In this document: in pieces, positions 39,779 to 48,731 of the stretch
How the letters are laid out: each line of letters opens with the position of its first letter
Position numbering within the stretch: position 1 is the stretch's first letter
Notes under the pieces: generated by a model
What the model was told of the DNA's origin: nothing
The model's input: only the letters and a program-made list of their open reading frames with translations
Database searches by the model: none
Assembly: GCA_963817955.1 (NCBI GenBank)
Contig: CAWFQK010000004.1
Span: 768,001 to 832,000 of the forward strand
Source of the DNA: an uncultured Gemmatimonadaceae bacterium
GTDB taxonomy: Bacteria; Gemmatimonadota; Gemmatimonadetes; Gemmatimonadales; Gemmatimonadaceae
Direction: 5' to 3'
Length of the DNA stretch: 64,000 nt
Translations under genes and position numbers: made by a program

Positions 39779-41014
39779 CTACTCCTTCTTCGTCGTGAGC
39801 GGCTTGGGCGGTGTCGTCATGTCCATGCCCGGCATGTTGCCCATGCCGCCGAGCGCCGTCCCCAGGTTCGACTCCGCGTCTACGAGGAACGTGGCCGATG
39901 AAACCACCTTCTCGCCCGCCGACAACCCGCGGACAATCTCCACGCGATCATCATTGGTTGCACCAAGGGTGACTTCGCGTGACGTGAGCTTGCCGCTCGC
40001 GTCGCGCACGAAGATGATGCTCCGTTCTCCGGTCACCAGCACAGCGGAACGAGGCACGGTGAGCACATTCGCGCGTGCCGTGCCCGCAATCCGAATCGTG
40101 GCGTACATGCCCGGCTTGAGACGGAGATCTCCATTGGGGAGCACGATTCGCACGCGCATGGTGCGTGACTGCGGATCGAGCGTGGGATAGACATACGAAA
40201 TGCGGCCCAACCGGGACTCGCCCGGAAGTGCATCGAAATCTGCGTGTACCGCCTGGCCCACGCGCACGTTGGCGATGTCCTGTTCGAACACTTCGCCATC
40301 CGCCCACACCGTGCTCAGATCCGCCACCTTGTAGAGCGCGTCGCCTGCCATGATCTTCTGTCCGGCAAGCACATTCTTCTCTACGACGTAGCCGCTCGCC
40401 GAGGCGCGCAACGTGAGCGTTTTGCGCACCTGTCCGGTACGCTCGATCTCGGCGATCTCGCCGGCTGGGATGTCCCAATACGAGAGACGCCGCCGCGCCG
40501 ACTCGAGCAGATCGGATGCATTCTGCCGCGCCGCGTCGCTCGCGCCGGCCACTTCGCCCTCGAGGCGTTTGGCGAGCAGCAGCTCTTCTTGCGCGCTGAC
40601 CAACATCGGCGAGTAGATCGTGAGCAGCGGCTGGCCGACCGATACCGGTTGGCCCGTCGCATTGACGAAGAGCTGGTCAACCCAGCCGTCGATCTTTGGC
40701 GCGATCGTCCGCACACGCGTTTCGTCGAACGTGATCTGCCCTACGGTGCGCACCTCTTTCGCGAGCGGACCCACCAGCGCCGTTGCGTACGTCACACCGA
40801 TCCGGCGTTCGTCGCCGGGTGACAGCATCACGGACCGCCCCGTATCGCCGCCGGCGACCATCGCCCCATGATCATGCCCCGCGGCGCCCGGTGCGACTGT
40901 CTTGCCACGAGTCGCCACGTAGACGCCGCCCACGGCTGCGGCGATCACCACTCCATAGATCGACACGCGCATGATGCGCACACCGGCACCCGATCCAGCG
41001 TTGTCTCCGTTCAT
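39779..41014 (-). CDS. cusB: CusB-like RND periplasmic adaptor
   Basis: YSPMLVSAQEE, LKPGMY, SATFLVDAES, Met-rich C-terminus. Confidence 0.9.
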   Translation of the reverse strand: MNGDNAGSGAGVRIMRVSIYGVVIAAAVGGVYVATRGKTVAPGAAGHDHGAMVAGGDTGRSVMLSPGDERRIGVTYATALVGPLAKEVRTVGQITFDETRVRTIAPKIDGWVDQLFVNATGQPVSVGQPLLTIYSPMLVSAQEELLLAKRLEGEVAGASDAARQNASDLLESARRRLSYWDIPAGEIAEIERTGQVRKTLTLRASASGYVVEKNVLAGQKIMAGDALYKVADLSTVWADGEVFEQDIANVRVGQAVHADFDALPGESRLGRISYVYPTLDPQSRTMRVRIVLPNGDLRLKPGMYATIRIAGTARANVLTVPRSAVLVTGERSIIFVRDASGKLTSREVTLGATNDDRVEIVRGLSAGEKVVSSATFLVDAESNLGTALGGMGNMPGMDMTTPPKPLTTKKE

Positions 41015-42414
41015 TCTGCACCTCGCGCCGCACGCGTGGCGGCGATCTGATTCGGGTCAAAGAGCTCACGCCCAGTCAGCATCTCCAGCTCGGCCCAGGA
41101 TTTTCCCTGGTCGGCATCGAGCGCATAGAGCTCCTGCTGATACGTGTTGGCCGCCATCTGGTCGTCGAGCAACGTCATGAAGTCCACATTGCCAACGCGA
41201 TACGCCGCGAGCGCGGAGGCGACGGTCGCCATGGCCTGCGGGAGCACCGTCGTCCGATAGAGCTGCGACAGGTTTCTCGCGCGAACGAGATTCGCGTACG
41301 CCTCACCGATCTTTCCGCGTGTGTCCGCGCGCATGCTGGCCAAGTCCGCCTGCGCCATTTGCTTCATGGCGGCGGCTTCCTCGCGCATTCGGAACTGCCG
41401 GTCACGGGCGAACACCGGGATCGATGCGCCGAACATGAGACTGCCCATGCGCTCGGTTCCCATCTGACCACCCTGCTGTGCGTACTGCGCGCCAATCTGG
41501 AGGTCGGGCCAGATCTCCTTGCGCGCCAGCGTCTCAGAGGCCTCCGCGGCGCGAACGTCGTCGAGGCCCGCGCGGATCATTGGACGATCGCCCAACGCGA
41601 ACGCTTCAAGGACTGAGCGGGCCGGCAGTGAGTCTGGAAAGCTCGGGAGCGCGGGCGAGGCGACGGCCGCATCGGATGCGCGATCGAGCAACGCATCGAG
41701 TCTCGCGACCATCGACTGCCGCATCGCCTGCATCCGCAGCGTGTCCTCGGCCATCTTCGCGATCTGCACCTGTGCGCGAAGCACGTCCGTCTGGCGTCCC
41801 TGGCCCACGCGGTACATCGATTCTGCGGTCTTCTCGATGTCCTGAAGCAGACGCAACGTCTCGCGTGCCACGCCAAGGCTCTGGTCCGTGGTATAGAGAT
41901 CGTAGAAGGCCATGGCGGTCTGACTGCGGAGGTCCCAGACCACGTCGTTGGCGCGCTCATTCGTGGCTTGGGCCTGTGCACTTGCCGCTCGGCCAGCCAT
42001 CGCGAGCTTTCCGCCGAGCGGCAGCATTTGCATGACCTGGAATTGCGTCATGCCCAGCGTCGCCATGGGCGCCAGGTTCGGCAACTCGTAGTTCATGAAT
42101 CCGAGCTGCACCTGGGGGTCCGGCGGTCGTGTAGCGCCTGGGACACGCGCCACTGCTGCCTGGGCGAGCGAACGAGCCGCCGAGACGCGTGGATTCCCGC
42201 TCTGCACTCGAGCGTAGAGATCCCCGAGTCGAACGACTGCGCGAGCGTCAGGCGGCAGTTGGGATCCGGCTGTCGCCTGCGCCAGCGCGGGCGCCTGCCA
42301 CGCGAGCGGGATGATAGTTGAAATGATCGCGAGAGTCCGCCGCACTCGCTGGAATGCGAGCGCGCGACGGCCCTGGCGTCGCCGAGAAAAACACATTGTA
42401 TTGAACGCCTCCAC
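41011..42414 (-). CDS. TolC/CusC-like outer-membrane efflux protein; start uncertain
   Basis: Signal peptide and OEP repeats (QTDVLRAQV, YRVGNVDFMTLLD); directly upstream of cusB. Confidence 0.88.
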   Translation of the reverse strand: MEAFNTMCFSRRRQGRRALAFQRVRRTLAIISTIIPLAWQAPALAQATAGSQLPPDARAVVRLGDLYARVQSGNPRVSAARSLAQAAVARVPGATRPPDPQVQLGFMNYELPNLAPMATLGMTQFQVMQMLPLGGKLAMAGRAASAQAQATNERANDVVWDLRSQTAMAFYDLYTTDQSLGVARETLRLLQDIEKTAESMYRVGQGRQTDVLRAQVQIAKMAEDTLRMQAMRQSMVARLDALLDRASDAAVASPALPSFPDSLPARSVLEAFALGDRPMIRAGLDDVRAAEASETLARKEIWPDLQIGAQYAQQGGQMGTERMGSLMFGASIPVFARDRQFRMREEAAAMKQMAQADLASMRADTRGKIGEAYANLVRARNLSQLYRTTVLPQAMATVASALAAYRVGNVDFMTLLDDQMAANTYQQELYALDADQGKSWAELEMLTGRELFDPNQIAATRAARGAE

Positions 42415-42500
42415 AAGAGCATCCCGCCACCAGCTTGGGACGCGACGTCACCTGCTCGCCTCGCCGCGTTCGCGGCGAAGAGCGCACTCCGAGTGGGAGG

Positions 42501-42950
42501 CTAGGCGCGCGGAGGTGGGACTTCGGGCGCGAACGCGGGCCCGAGGGGCATATCGGCAGATGCGACGACCTGCACCGCGACGGGCCTGGGCGCGGTCACC
42601 AACGCCGTAGCGGCCGGCGTGGCAGAAACGGCAATGACACAGTTCGCCATCGACGCACATCCGCTCGGAGCGAACGGTACGTCGCAGGACTTGCCGGTTC
42701 CCGTCATGTCACACCCGCCAACCGGCGCCTTGGGTGCGCTCGGCGACTTGCCGGCCATGTCCGTCATGGCCGAGTCGTGCGCTCCGTGATGGGCGTGTCC
42801 TGCGCCGGCGGCTTCCATGGCACCCGATGACGCTGTCGCGTGGTCGCCATGCATGGGACAGACCGTGCCGCTCGCCAGCACTGAAAGCTGGAAGAGCAGC
42901 GCGCCCGAGAGCACGGCAACTATGCGATGAAGACGCTTGAGGCGGGGCAT
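42501..42950 (-). CDS. Exported Cys/His/Met-rich protein ending PEVPPPRA (DUF2946/CopL/CzcI-like leader ORF)
   Basis: Signal-like N-terminus, CPMH, HAHH, four further Cys, Pro-rich C-terminus; first ORF before cusCBA. Confidence 0.7.
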   Translation of the reverse strand: MPRLKRLHRIVAVLSGALLFQLSVLASGTVCPMHGDHATASSGAMEAAGAGHAHHGAHDSAMTDMAGKSPSAPKAPVGGCDMTGTGKSCDVPFAPSGCASMANCVIAVSATPAATALVTAPRPVAVQVVASADMPLGPAFAPEVPPPRA

Positions 42951-43033
42951 GTGATGAACGTGAGTACACCGATCACCGGAATACTAGCAAGGGAGCATCA
43001 GCTTGGCATCACCCCCGGGCACGCGCGGGAACA

Positions 43034-43903
43034 TCACCGTGGCAACAACGACCAGGCCAGCTTCAGTCCACCGTTTGCTCCCGGGACCACCGATGCACCC
43101 AACAGCCAATGATCGAGACGATTGCCGGGATGGGTGCGGTGGTTGAAACGGACGACCTTGTTGCCGGCAAAGATCCCGATGCCGGCCCCCATGATCACGT
43201 CGCTCGCCCAATGCTGGTTGTCGTACAGACGGTCGAAGGCAACACCCACTGCGCCGGCATACAATACTGGACCGACGTACCACTGCGCCCCACGCCACCA
43301 CCGGCCACTCTCGTTCGTGACCGCGGCAGCGGCAGCGAACGCTGTCAGCGCGTGTCCGCTGGGGAAGGAAGAATAGTCGCGTCCCTTCCTGAGCCCACGC
43401 AGCAGTTGGAAGTCGCGTGGATTGGTGTCTGCCACGGCGTACGGACGCGCGCGGCCAGCCGCGTCCTTGAGCACGTCGTTCACCACCGATCCAATGGCGA
43501 TCGCCTCTGAGCCGTGAAGACCGAGGTCCGCCACGTTGTTCGAGTGACCCAGGCGGCCGATGGCGTAGAGCGATGCTCCGATGTAGAGAGCTCCCGGGTA
43601 CGTCACGAGCTTCACAGTAGTTGCAAACTCGTGGATGATCGCTCGGTTCTGGAGGCCGCGGCTCTGAAACTTCTCCGCGATGCGCCTGTCAAATGGTGCG
43701 AGGGCGGCCGTTCCGGCAATCATCAGCAGACCGAGGTACGCGTCGTCACGCGTAAAGAGTGGCACCGTTGGCATGCCGGCCGTGCTCGCCGCAGTCTGTG
43801 ACACGCCCGGGCGGGCCGAGACGAGGAGCAATGCGAGCGCGACTGCGCGCACCGTCGCGTATCTGCCGAAGCGCCTCATGCGCCCCACGATCGAAGTCTG
43901 CAT
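43034..43903 (-). CDS. PAP2 family phosphatase
   Basis: KDAAGRARP, SFPSGH, RLYDNQHWASDV. Confidence 0.9.
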   Translation of the reverse strand: MQTSIVGRMRRFGRYATVRAVALALLLVSARPGVSQTAASTAGMPTVPLFTRDDAYLGLLMIAGTAALAPFDRRIAEKFQSRGLQNRAIIHEFATTVKLVTYPGALYIGASLYAIGRLGHSNNVADLGLHGSEAIAIGSVVNDVLKDAAGRARPYAVADTNPRDFQLLRGLRKGRDYSSFPSGHALTAFAAAAAVTNESGRWWRGAQWYVGPVLYAGAVGVAFDRLYDNQHWASDVIMGAGIGIFAGNKVVRFNHRTHPGNRLDHWLLGASVVPGANGGLKLAWSLLPR

Positions 43904-43918
43904 CTGTACTGCCCTCCG

Positions 43919-44779
43919 TCACCCCTCGCGCTGTTCGAGCGCGGCCCGTAGCTGCTCCAGTTCCGCCGCCTCCGCCTTGTACACGTGCGCCGCGTCTGGA
44001 TACACCCTGCCGCGCACCTCCGCGGCGTAGCGCGTGACCGCATCGATCATCGCGTGCTTCGCTTCGGCGTACCGCTTCACGAACTTCGGCACGTGGACGT
44101 CGTAGAGACCCACGAGATCGGCAAACACCAACACCTGTCCGTCGGGCGCAGCGCCGGCGCCGATGCCGATTACCGGAATGTGCAACCGCGGGACCAGCAG
44201 CTCCGCGACCGTGGCGGGAATCGCCTCGAACACGAGCGAGAAGCATCCCGCCGCCTCGAGGGCCAACGATCCGCGAAGAATCTCGAGCGCATCATCCGTG
44301 GTCTTTCCGTGAACGCGGAACCCTTCCACTCCCACGCTGTGTTGGGGCGTGAGTCCCACATGACCCATGACCGGAATGCCGGCCGCAACGATGGCGCGGG
44401 CACGGTCGACGATGGGGCCGGCCCCTTCGATCTTCACCGCGTCGCAGCCAACATCCGCGAACCGTCGCGCGGTCGCGACCGCCAGGGCGTCCGACGACTC
44501 GTAGCTGCCAAAGGGGAGATCGCCGACGAGCAGCGGCGTCGTGATCGCGCGTCGTACGGCGCCGGCCAGCATGAGCATCTCTTCCACGGAGACGAGCCGC
44601 GTCGACTCGTAGCCGAGCACGGTCGTCGCGGCCGAGTCGCCGACGAGGACGATGTCGACCCCTGCCGCTTCGGCGACGCTCCCCGACACAAAGTCGTACG
44701 CGGTGACCATGACGATCTTCTCACCGCGTGCTTTCAGTAGAGCGAGGGCACTGGTCGTGACATCCTGGTGCACGCTCAT
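43919..44779 (-). CDS. panB: 3-methyl-2-oxobutanoate hydroxymethyltransferase
   Basis: MVTAYD, LVGDS, DLPFGSY, VKIEG, MGHVGLTPQ, GIGAG..DGQVLV. Confidence 0.96.
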   Translation of the reverse strand: MSVHQDVTTSALALLKARGEKIVMVTAYDFVSGSVAEAAGVDIVLVGDSAATTVLGYESTRLVSVEEMLMLAGAVRRAITTPLLVGDLPFGSYESSDALAVATARRFADVGCDAVKIEGAGPIVDRARAIVAAGIPVMGHVGLTPQHSVGVEGFRVHGKTTDDALEILRGSLALEAAGCFSLVFEAIPATVAELLVPRLHIPVIGIGAGAAPDGQVLVFADLVGLYDVHVPKFVKRYAEAKHAMIDAVTRYAAEVRGRVYPDAAHVYKAEAAELEQLRAALEQREG

Positions 44780-45627
44780 GTGGTGGCGGTCACGAGCAGA
44801 TTGTCGATCAGCCGCACGCCCCCCACGTACGCCGCCACAGCCACGAGTACCTCGCCACCAAGCGGGTGCACGGGCGCGAGCGTTTCGGCGGAGACGACCT
44901 CGAAGTACTCGGGTACTACGCCGAGCACGGCCATCGCCTCGCGACCGGCGCGCACCGCGGCCACCGGATCTCGCTCCCCGCGCCCGATCGCCGCACCGGC
45001 GGCATCCAGGCCACGCTTGAGCGCCAGCGCCTGCTGGCGCGTCTCGCGGTCGAGGCGGACGTTGCGGCTCGACATTGCCAGGCCGTCCGCCTCGCGAACG
45101 GTGGGACAGACCTCCACTCGCATGGGGAAGTCGAGGTCGCGCGTCATGCGCCGAATCACGAGTGCCTGCTGCGCATCTTTCTGGCCGAAATAGGCAGTGG
45201 TGGGCTGCACGATGTTGAACAGCTTCGCGACCACCGTGGCCACGCCGCGGAAGTGCCCCGCGCCACGGAGGGCGCCTTCCATTGGTTCGGCAACTCCAGT
45301 AACGGTGACGCTCGTTGCGTAGCCCGCTGGGTAGATCTCTTCCACCGGCGGAGCAAACATCAGGTCTACACCGGCCGCGGTGGCAATGGCCGCATCGTGA
45401 GACTCGTCGCGCGGGTACGCCGCGAGGTCGGCGCTCTCGTTGAACTGCGCCGGGTTCACGAACAATGACACGACGACGACATCGCAGTCGGCGCGGGCGC
45501 GCCGAATGAGCGACGCGTGCCCCTCGTGGAAGTAGCCCATGGTGGGCACGAAGCCTACGGTGTATCCATTGCGGCGCGTGGGAAGGAGCTCGGCGCGCAA
45601 TTCTGCCACCGTCCGTACGATCTTCAT
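44776..45627 (-). CDS. panC: Pantoate--beta-alanine ligase
   Basis: FVPTMGYFHEGH, FVNPAQF, YFGQKDAQQ, GLAMSSRN, RLIDN. Confidence 0.97.
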   Translation of the reverse strand: MKIVRTVAELRAELLPTRRNGYTVGFVPTMGYFHEGHASLIRRARADCDVVVVSLFVNPAQFNESADLAAYPRDESHDAAIATAAGVDLMFAPPVEEIYPAGYATSVTVTGVAEPMEGALRGAGHFRGVATVVAKLFNIVQPTTAYFGQKDAQQALVIRRMTRDLDFPMRVEVCPTVREADGLAMSSRNVRLDRETRQQALALKRGLDAAGAAIGRGERDPVAAVRAGREAMAVLGVVPEYFEVVSAETLAPVHPLGGEVLVAVAAYVGGVRLIDNLLVTATT

Positions 45628-46355
45628 GCGTGCGACTCCCGCGCGGTCGCCGCCAGCGCGCGCGTGGCGTCAGCGAGCGCGTCCCAGAGCGGCAGCAGAT
45701 CGGGCGCTCGGGTCGCCACGGCCGTCCGCTGCCACGCGACCGTTTCCACGTCGCCACGCGCGATCGGCCCGGTGAGCGCGTCGCGCGGGCCGAGTTCCAC
45801 GGCCTGTCTCACCGCACCGAGCGCCAGGGGCGTGATGTGTTCGCGCGACACGCCGGCGAGCGCGGCGAGATGCTCCGCCATTGCTTGGAGGGTTACGAGA
45901 TAGTTGGATGCCACGCTCGCCGCTGCGTGGTAGAGCGGCCGGTCTTCCTCGGCGACGACAAATGCATGCATGCCGAGCCGGCCCGCCAACGCCATGGCTG
46001 CGGCAAGGGCGCGCGGCGTGCTGCCGGCCACGGCACAGCCAGCGCCTATGAAGCTGGCGCCGTCGCGGGTGACGGAGATGAGCGGATGGAGCGAAAAGCG
46101 CTCGTGCGGCGCGAGCGGGTCGAGCGACGTCGCACCGGAGCAATGGCCAACGAGCGGTCCGGGTACCACAGACCGGGCCGCGCCAGCGATCTCCGCGTCG
46201 GGCACGCAGAGCAGGACCATCTCGGCGCCACTTGCCGCGTTGGTCTCGCCACGGCGCAGCGGACCAATCACAGGCGCGCCGGCAGCACGTAGCGCTCCCG
46301 CGAGCGCTGAGCCGAGGCGGCCGGCGCCGATGATGGCTATCAGAGGGGTGGTCAC
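45624..46355 (-). CDS. Rossmann-like + DUF2520 protein (PanG-type ketopantoate reductase candidate)
   Basis: IIGAGRLG, CVPD, HCSGA, LHPL, YHAAASVASN, LTGPIARGD; coupled to panC. Confidence 0.88.
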   Translation of the reverse strand: MTTPLIAIIGAGRLGSALAGALRAAGAPVIGPLRRGETNAASGAEMVLLCVPDAEIAGAARSVVPGPLVGHCSGATSLDPLAPHERFSLHPLISVTRDGASFIGAGCAVAGSTPRALAAAMALAGRLGMHAFVVAEEDRPLYHAAASVASNYLVTLQAMAEHLAALAGVSREHITPLALGAVRQAVELGPRDALTGPIARGDVETVAWQRTAVATRAPDLLPLWDALADATRALAATARESHA

Positions 46356-46428
46356 CCTGGGGAAGATAAACGCGGTTGGGGGGGGCGTCTTGTATCTACG
46401 CGAGGCGGTGCAGCCCATCGCGAGGCGG

Positions 46429-46579
46429 GGATTGGACTCCGGGCTCTATTCCGGCTGGGTGTCGCTGGCTGCTCCGTAACGGTCGGCCCGCCGGTCGGCG
46501 AGGTTCGAGTTTCCAGTTGTGAGTTGTGCGTTGTGAGTTTCTCGTGTCCCGTGTCCCGGGTCCCGTGTCCCCCGTCCCG
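46429..46579. repeat. Dispersed structured element, copy A, with heptamer tail
   Basis: 46429-46555 aligns without gaps to 60201-60327 (13 mismatches by hand count). Confidence 0.9.
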
Positions 46580-48076
46580 TCACGGAATGTCCTTAGCCTT
46601 GACCGGTTCCGGGAACGTGTCGCGGTACTCGGGCTGCTTCGTGGCACCTTGAGGTCCGCGGAGCGACGAGAGGTATTGTGACAGTTCCTCGATTTCCTCG
46701 TGGCTGAGCGTCGGGGGACCGAACGCGGGCATCTTCGATGCCGGATGAAAGCGCGACGGATCCTCGATGAAGCTGTGCATCCACGCCGCGGAGTGTCTGA
46801 GCCCCACCTCGGTCAGGTCCGGCGCTTGGGGAACCTCGCCCTTCTTCTCCGGCGCCTTCTGGCCAGCCACCATATGGCAACTGCCACACTGCTGTGCCTG
46901 GAAGATCGTCCGACCCGCGCGCTCGACCGAAGTGAGCGGACGCCCAACTTCGGGCGGGACCGCCGGGGGTGCCTCGGCTGCCGACTGGCCGAACAAGAAT
47001 GCGCAGCCCACGGTGATGACCCCGAGCGACGCGATTGCCGCGGGACGGCGCCGGAGCGAACGGATACTGTTCGTGTCGTAAAACGGCAGCAGCAGTAAGA
47101 CGACGACGATGATCGCTGGCAGGCCCACTGCCACGACCGCCTCCATCGATCCCGGCACGAGCTTGAGCAGTTGGAAGAACGGGAGGAAATACCACTCGGG
47201 CCGCGGCGTATACGACGCGTCTGTGGGATCGGCCGGCGCCTCCAGTCCCGCCCCGACGAACAGCGCGAGCAGCACGAGGACAAGAACGGCGACCGTCGCG
47301 ATGACGACATCCTTGGCAATGATGTCAGGCCAGAACGGCACGCCCGCGATCTTGGATCGCGCGTACTGTTCGCCGTAGTACTCGGCGTAGTGTGAATCGT
47401 TCGTCATGCGCGGCGCGGCCTCCTCGAGCAGGCGCGGCGGCGGTGCGATCCCTTGTCGGATGACCAGCGCGACGTGGAGGAGCACGATTCCACCGAGCAG
47501 CACGGGCAAGAGCAGCACATGCACCGCAAAGAACCGGGCGAGCGTCGCCGCACCGAGCTGGCTGCCCCCGCGGAGCAACTTGACGAGCGTGCCGCCGACG
47601 ATGGGGGTGGTACCCGCGATGTTCGTCCCCACCTGGGTGGCCCAGTACGCCTTCTGGTCCCACGGAAGCAGGTAGCCCGTGAACCCGAAGCCCAGCACCA
47701 GGAAGAACAGCGCGACGCCAAGCACCCAGTTCGCTTCACGTGGGTACTTGTACGCCCCCATCGCAAACACACGAACCATGTGCGCCAACACGAGCACCAC
47801 CATCGCCGACGCACCCCAGTGATGTATTCCGCGCAACGTCGCGCCGCTCACGACACTGCGTTGGAGATACCGGATGCTGTCGTAGGCGTGATCCGGAGAC
47901 GGCGAGTAATACATCGCGAGCACGATGCCGGTGGCGAACTGCACCACGAACACCGCCAGCGTCGCGCTGCCCAGCGTGTGCCACCACGTCAGTTTTGGCA
48001 TCTTCCGGTCGAACACGGTCCGGCGAATCGCCACCAGATCCATGCGCTCATCGAGCCAACGAAAGATTGCGCTCAT
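46580..48076 (-). CDS. Fused cytochrome b + subunit IV + monoheme cytochrome c (bc/b6c-type complex)
   Basis: RGIHHWGAS, GYLLPWDQKAYW, PEWYF, CGSCH, KMPAF. Confidence 0.92.
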   Translation of the reverse strand: MSAIFRWLDERMDLVAIRRTVFDRKMPKLTWWHTLGSATLAVFVVQFATGIVLAMYYSPSPDHAYDSIRYLQRSVVSGATLRGIHHWGASAMVVLVLAHMVRVFAMGAYKYPREANWVLGVALFFLVLGFGFTGYLLPWDQKAYWATQVGTNIAGTTPIVGGTLVKLLRGGSQLGAATLARFFAVHVLLLPVLLGGIVLLHVALVIRQGIAPPPRLLEEAAPRMTNDSHYAEYYGEQYARSKIAGVPFWPDIIAKDVVIATVAVLVLVLLALFVGAGLEAPADPTDASYTPRPEWYFLPFFQLLKLVPGSMEAVVAVGLPAIIVVVLLLLPFYDTNSIRSLRRRPAAIASLGVITVGCAFLFGQSAAEAPPAVPPEVGRPLTSVERAGRTIFQAQQCGSCHMVAGQKAPEKKGEVPQAPDLTEVGLRHSAAWMHSFIEDPSRFHPASKMPAFGPPTLSHEEIEELSQYLSSLRGPQGATKQPEYRDTFPEPVKAKDIP

Positions 48077-48080
48077 GTCG

Positions 48081-48611
48081 CTACGCCTCGATCTTCTGGG
48101 CAATGCCGAGCCGGAAGTCCTCGTACTTCACAAACACCGCACTATCGCGGATCTCCACCGGTAGTTCGTCCAGCGGCCGCGGCGGTGGGCCGGCGAGGAC
48201 CGCACCCGTTTTCACGTCGAACTGTCCCCGATGGCACGGACACAAGAAGGTCTTGTGTTCCTTGTCATATAAGTAGCTGCAGCCAAGGTGCGTGCAGTGA
48301 CCGTTGTACGCCTTGAACTTTTCGCCGTCCTCAGTGAACAGCCAGACACCGTTCAGCGTACGGCTCGACAACCACGCGTCTGTCGAGCTCTGAACGAAAT
48401 TCACGCGGATCGGAACCCCGATATCGAGCAACGCAATGTCATCGGCCACCTTGATCCAGTCGTCCACGCGCGGAGTGGGCAGCGCGGGGGAGATGAACGC
48501 GCGCAGCGTGGGAAACCCGACCAACACGCCGCTCAATAGTGCGCCGATCCCGCTCACCCAACGCAGGAATCCGCGTCGGCCGATCGGTTCCGGCGCCTTG
48601 AGGTCATCCAC
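48081..48611 (-). CDS. Rieske iron-sulfur subunit
   Basis: Tat motif RRGFL, CTHLGC, CPCH, GPPPRPL. Confidence 0.93.
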   Translation of the reverse strand: MDDLKAPEPIGRRGFLRWVSGIGALLSGVLVGFPTLRAFISPALPTPRVDDWIKVADDIALLDIGVPIRVNFVQSSTDAWLSSRTLNGVWLFTEDGEKFKAYNGHCTHLGCSYLYDKEHKTFLCPCHRGQFDVKTGAVLAGPPPRPLDELPVEIRDSAVFVKYEDFRLGIAQKIEA

Positions 48612-48697
48612 CTGTCTCGGTCCGATCGCCAGGGGTCGCCTCCATCGAGAGTTCCTGGCATGGTCGCAAGAGAACGGCCACGGCGACAAACGGCCAC

Positions 48698-48731
48698 CGT
48701 GTCCCGTGTCCCGTGTCCCGTGTCCCCCGTG
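48698..48731. repeat. (CGTGTCC)n heptamer array
   Basis: Four tandem copies abutting the glgP stop codon. Confidence 0.9.

Noticed and set aside
46356..46510. pan RNA motif or riboswitch ahead of the pantothenate genes
   Set aside because: The same sequence occurs at 60201 next to unrelated genes, it folds better on the opposite strand, and a -10-like hexamer lies only 7 nt before the first gene
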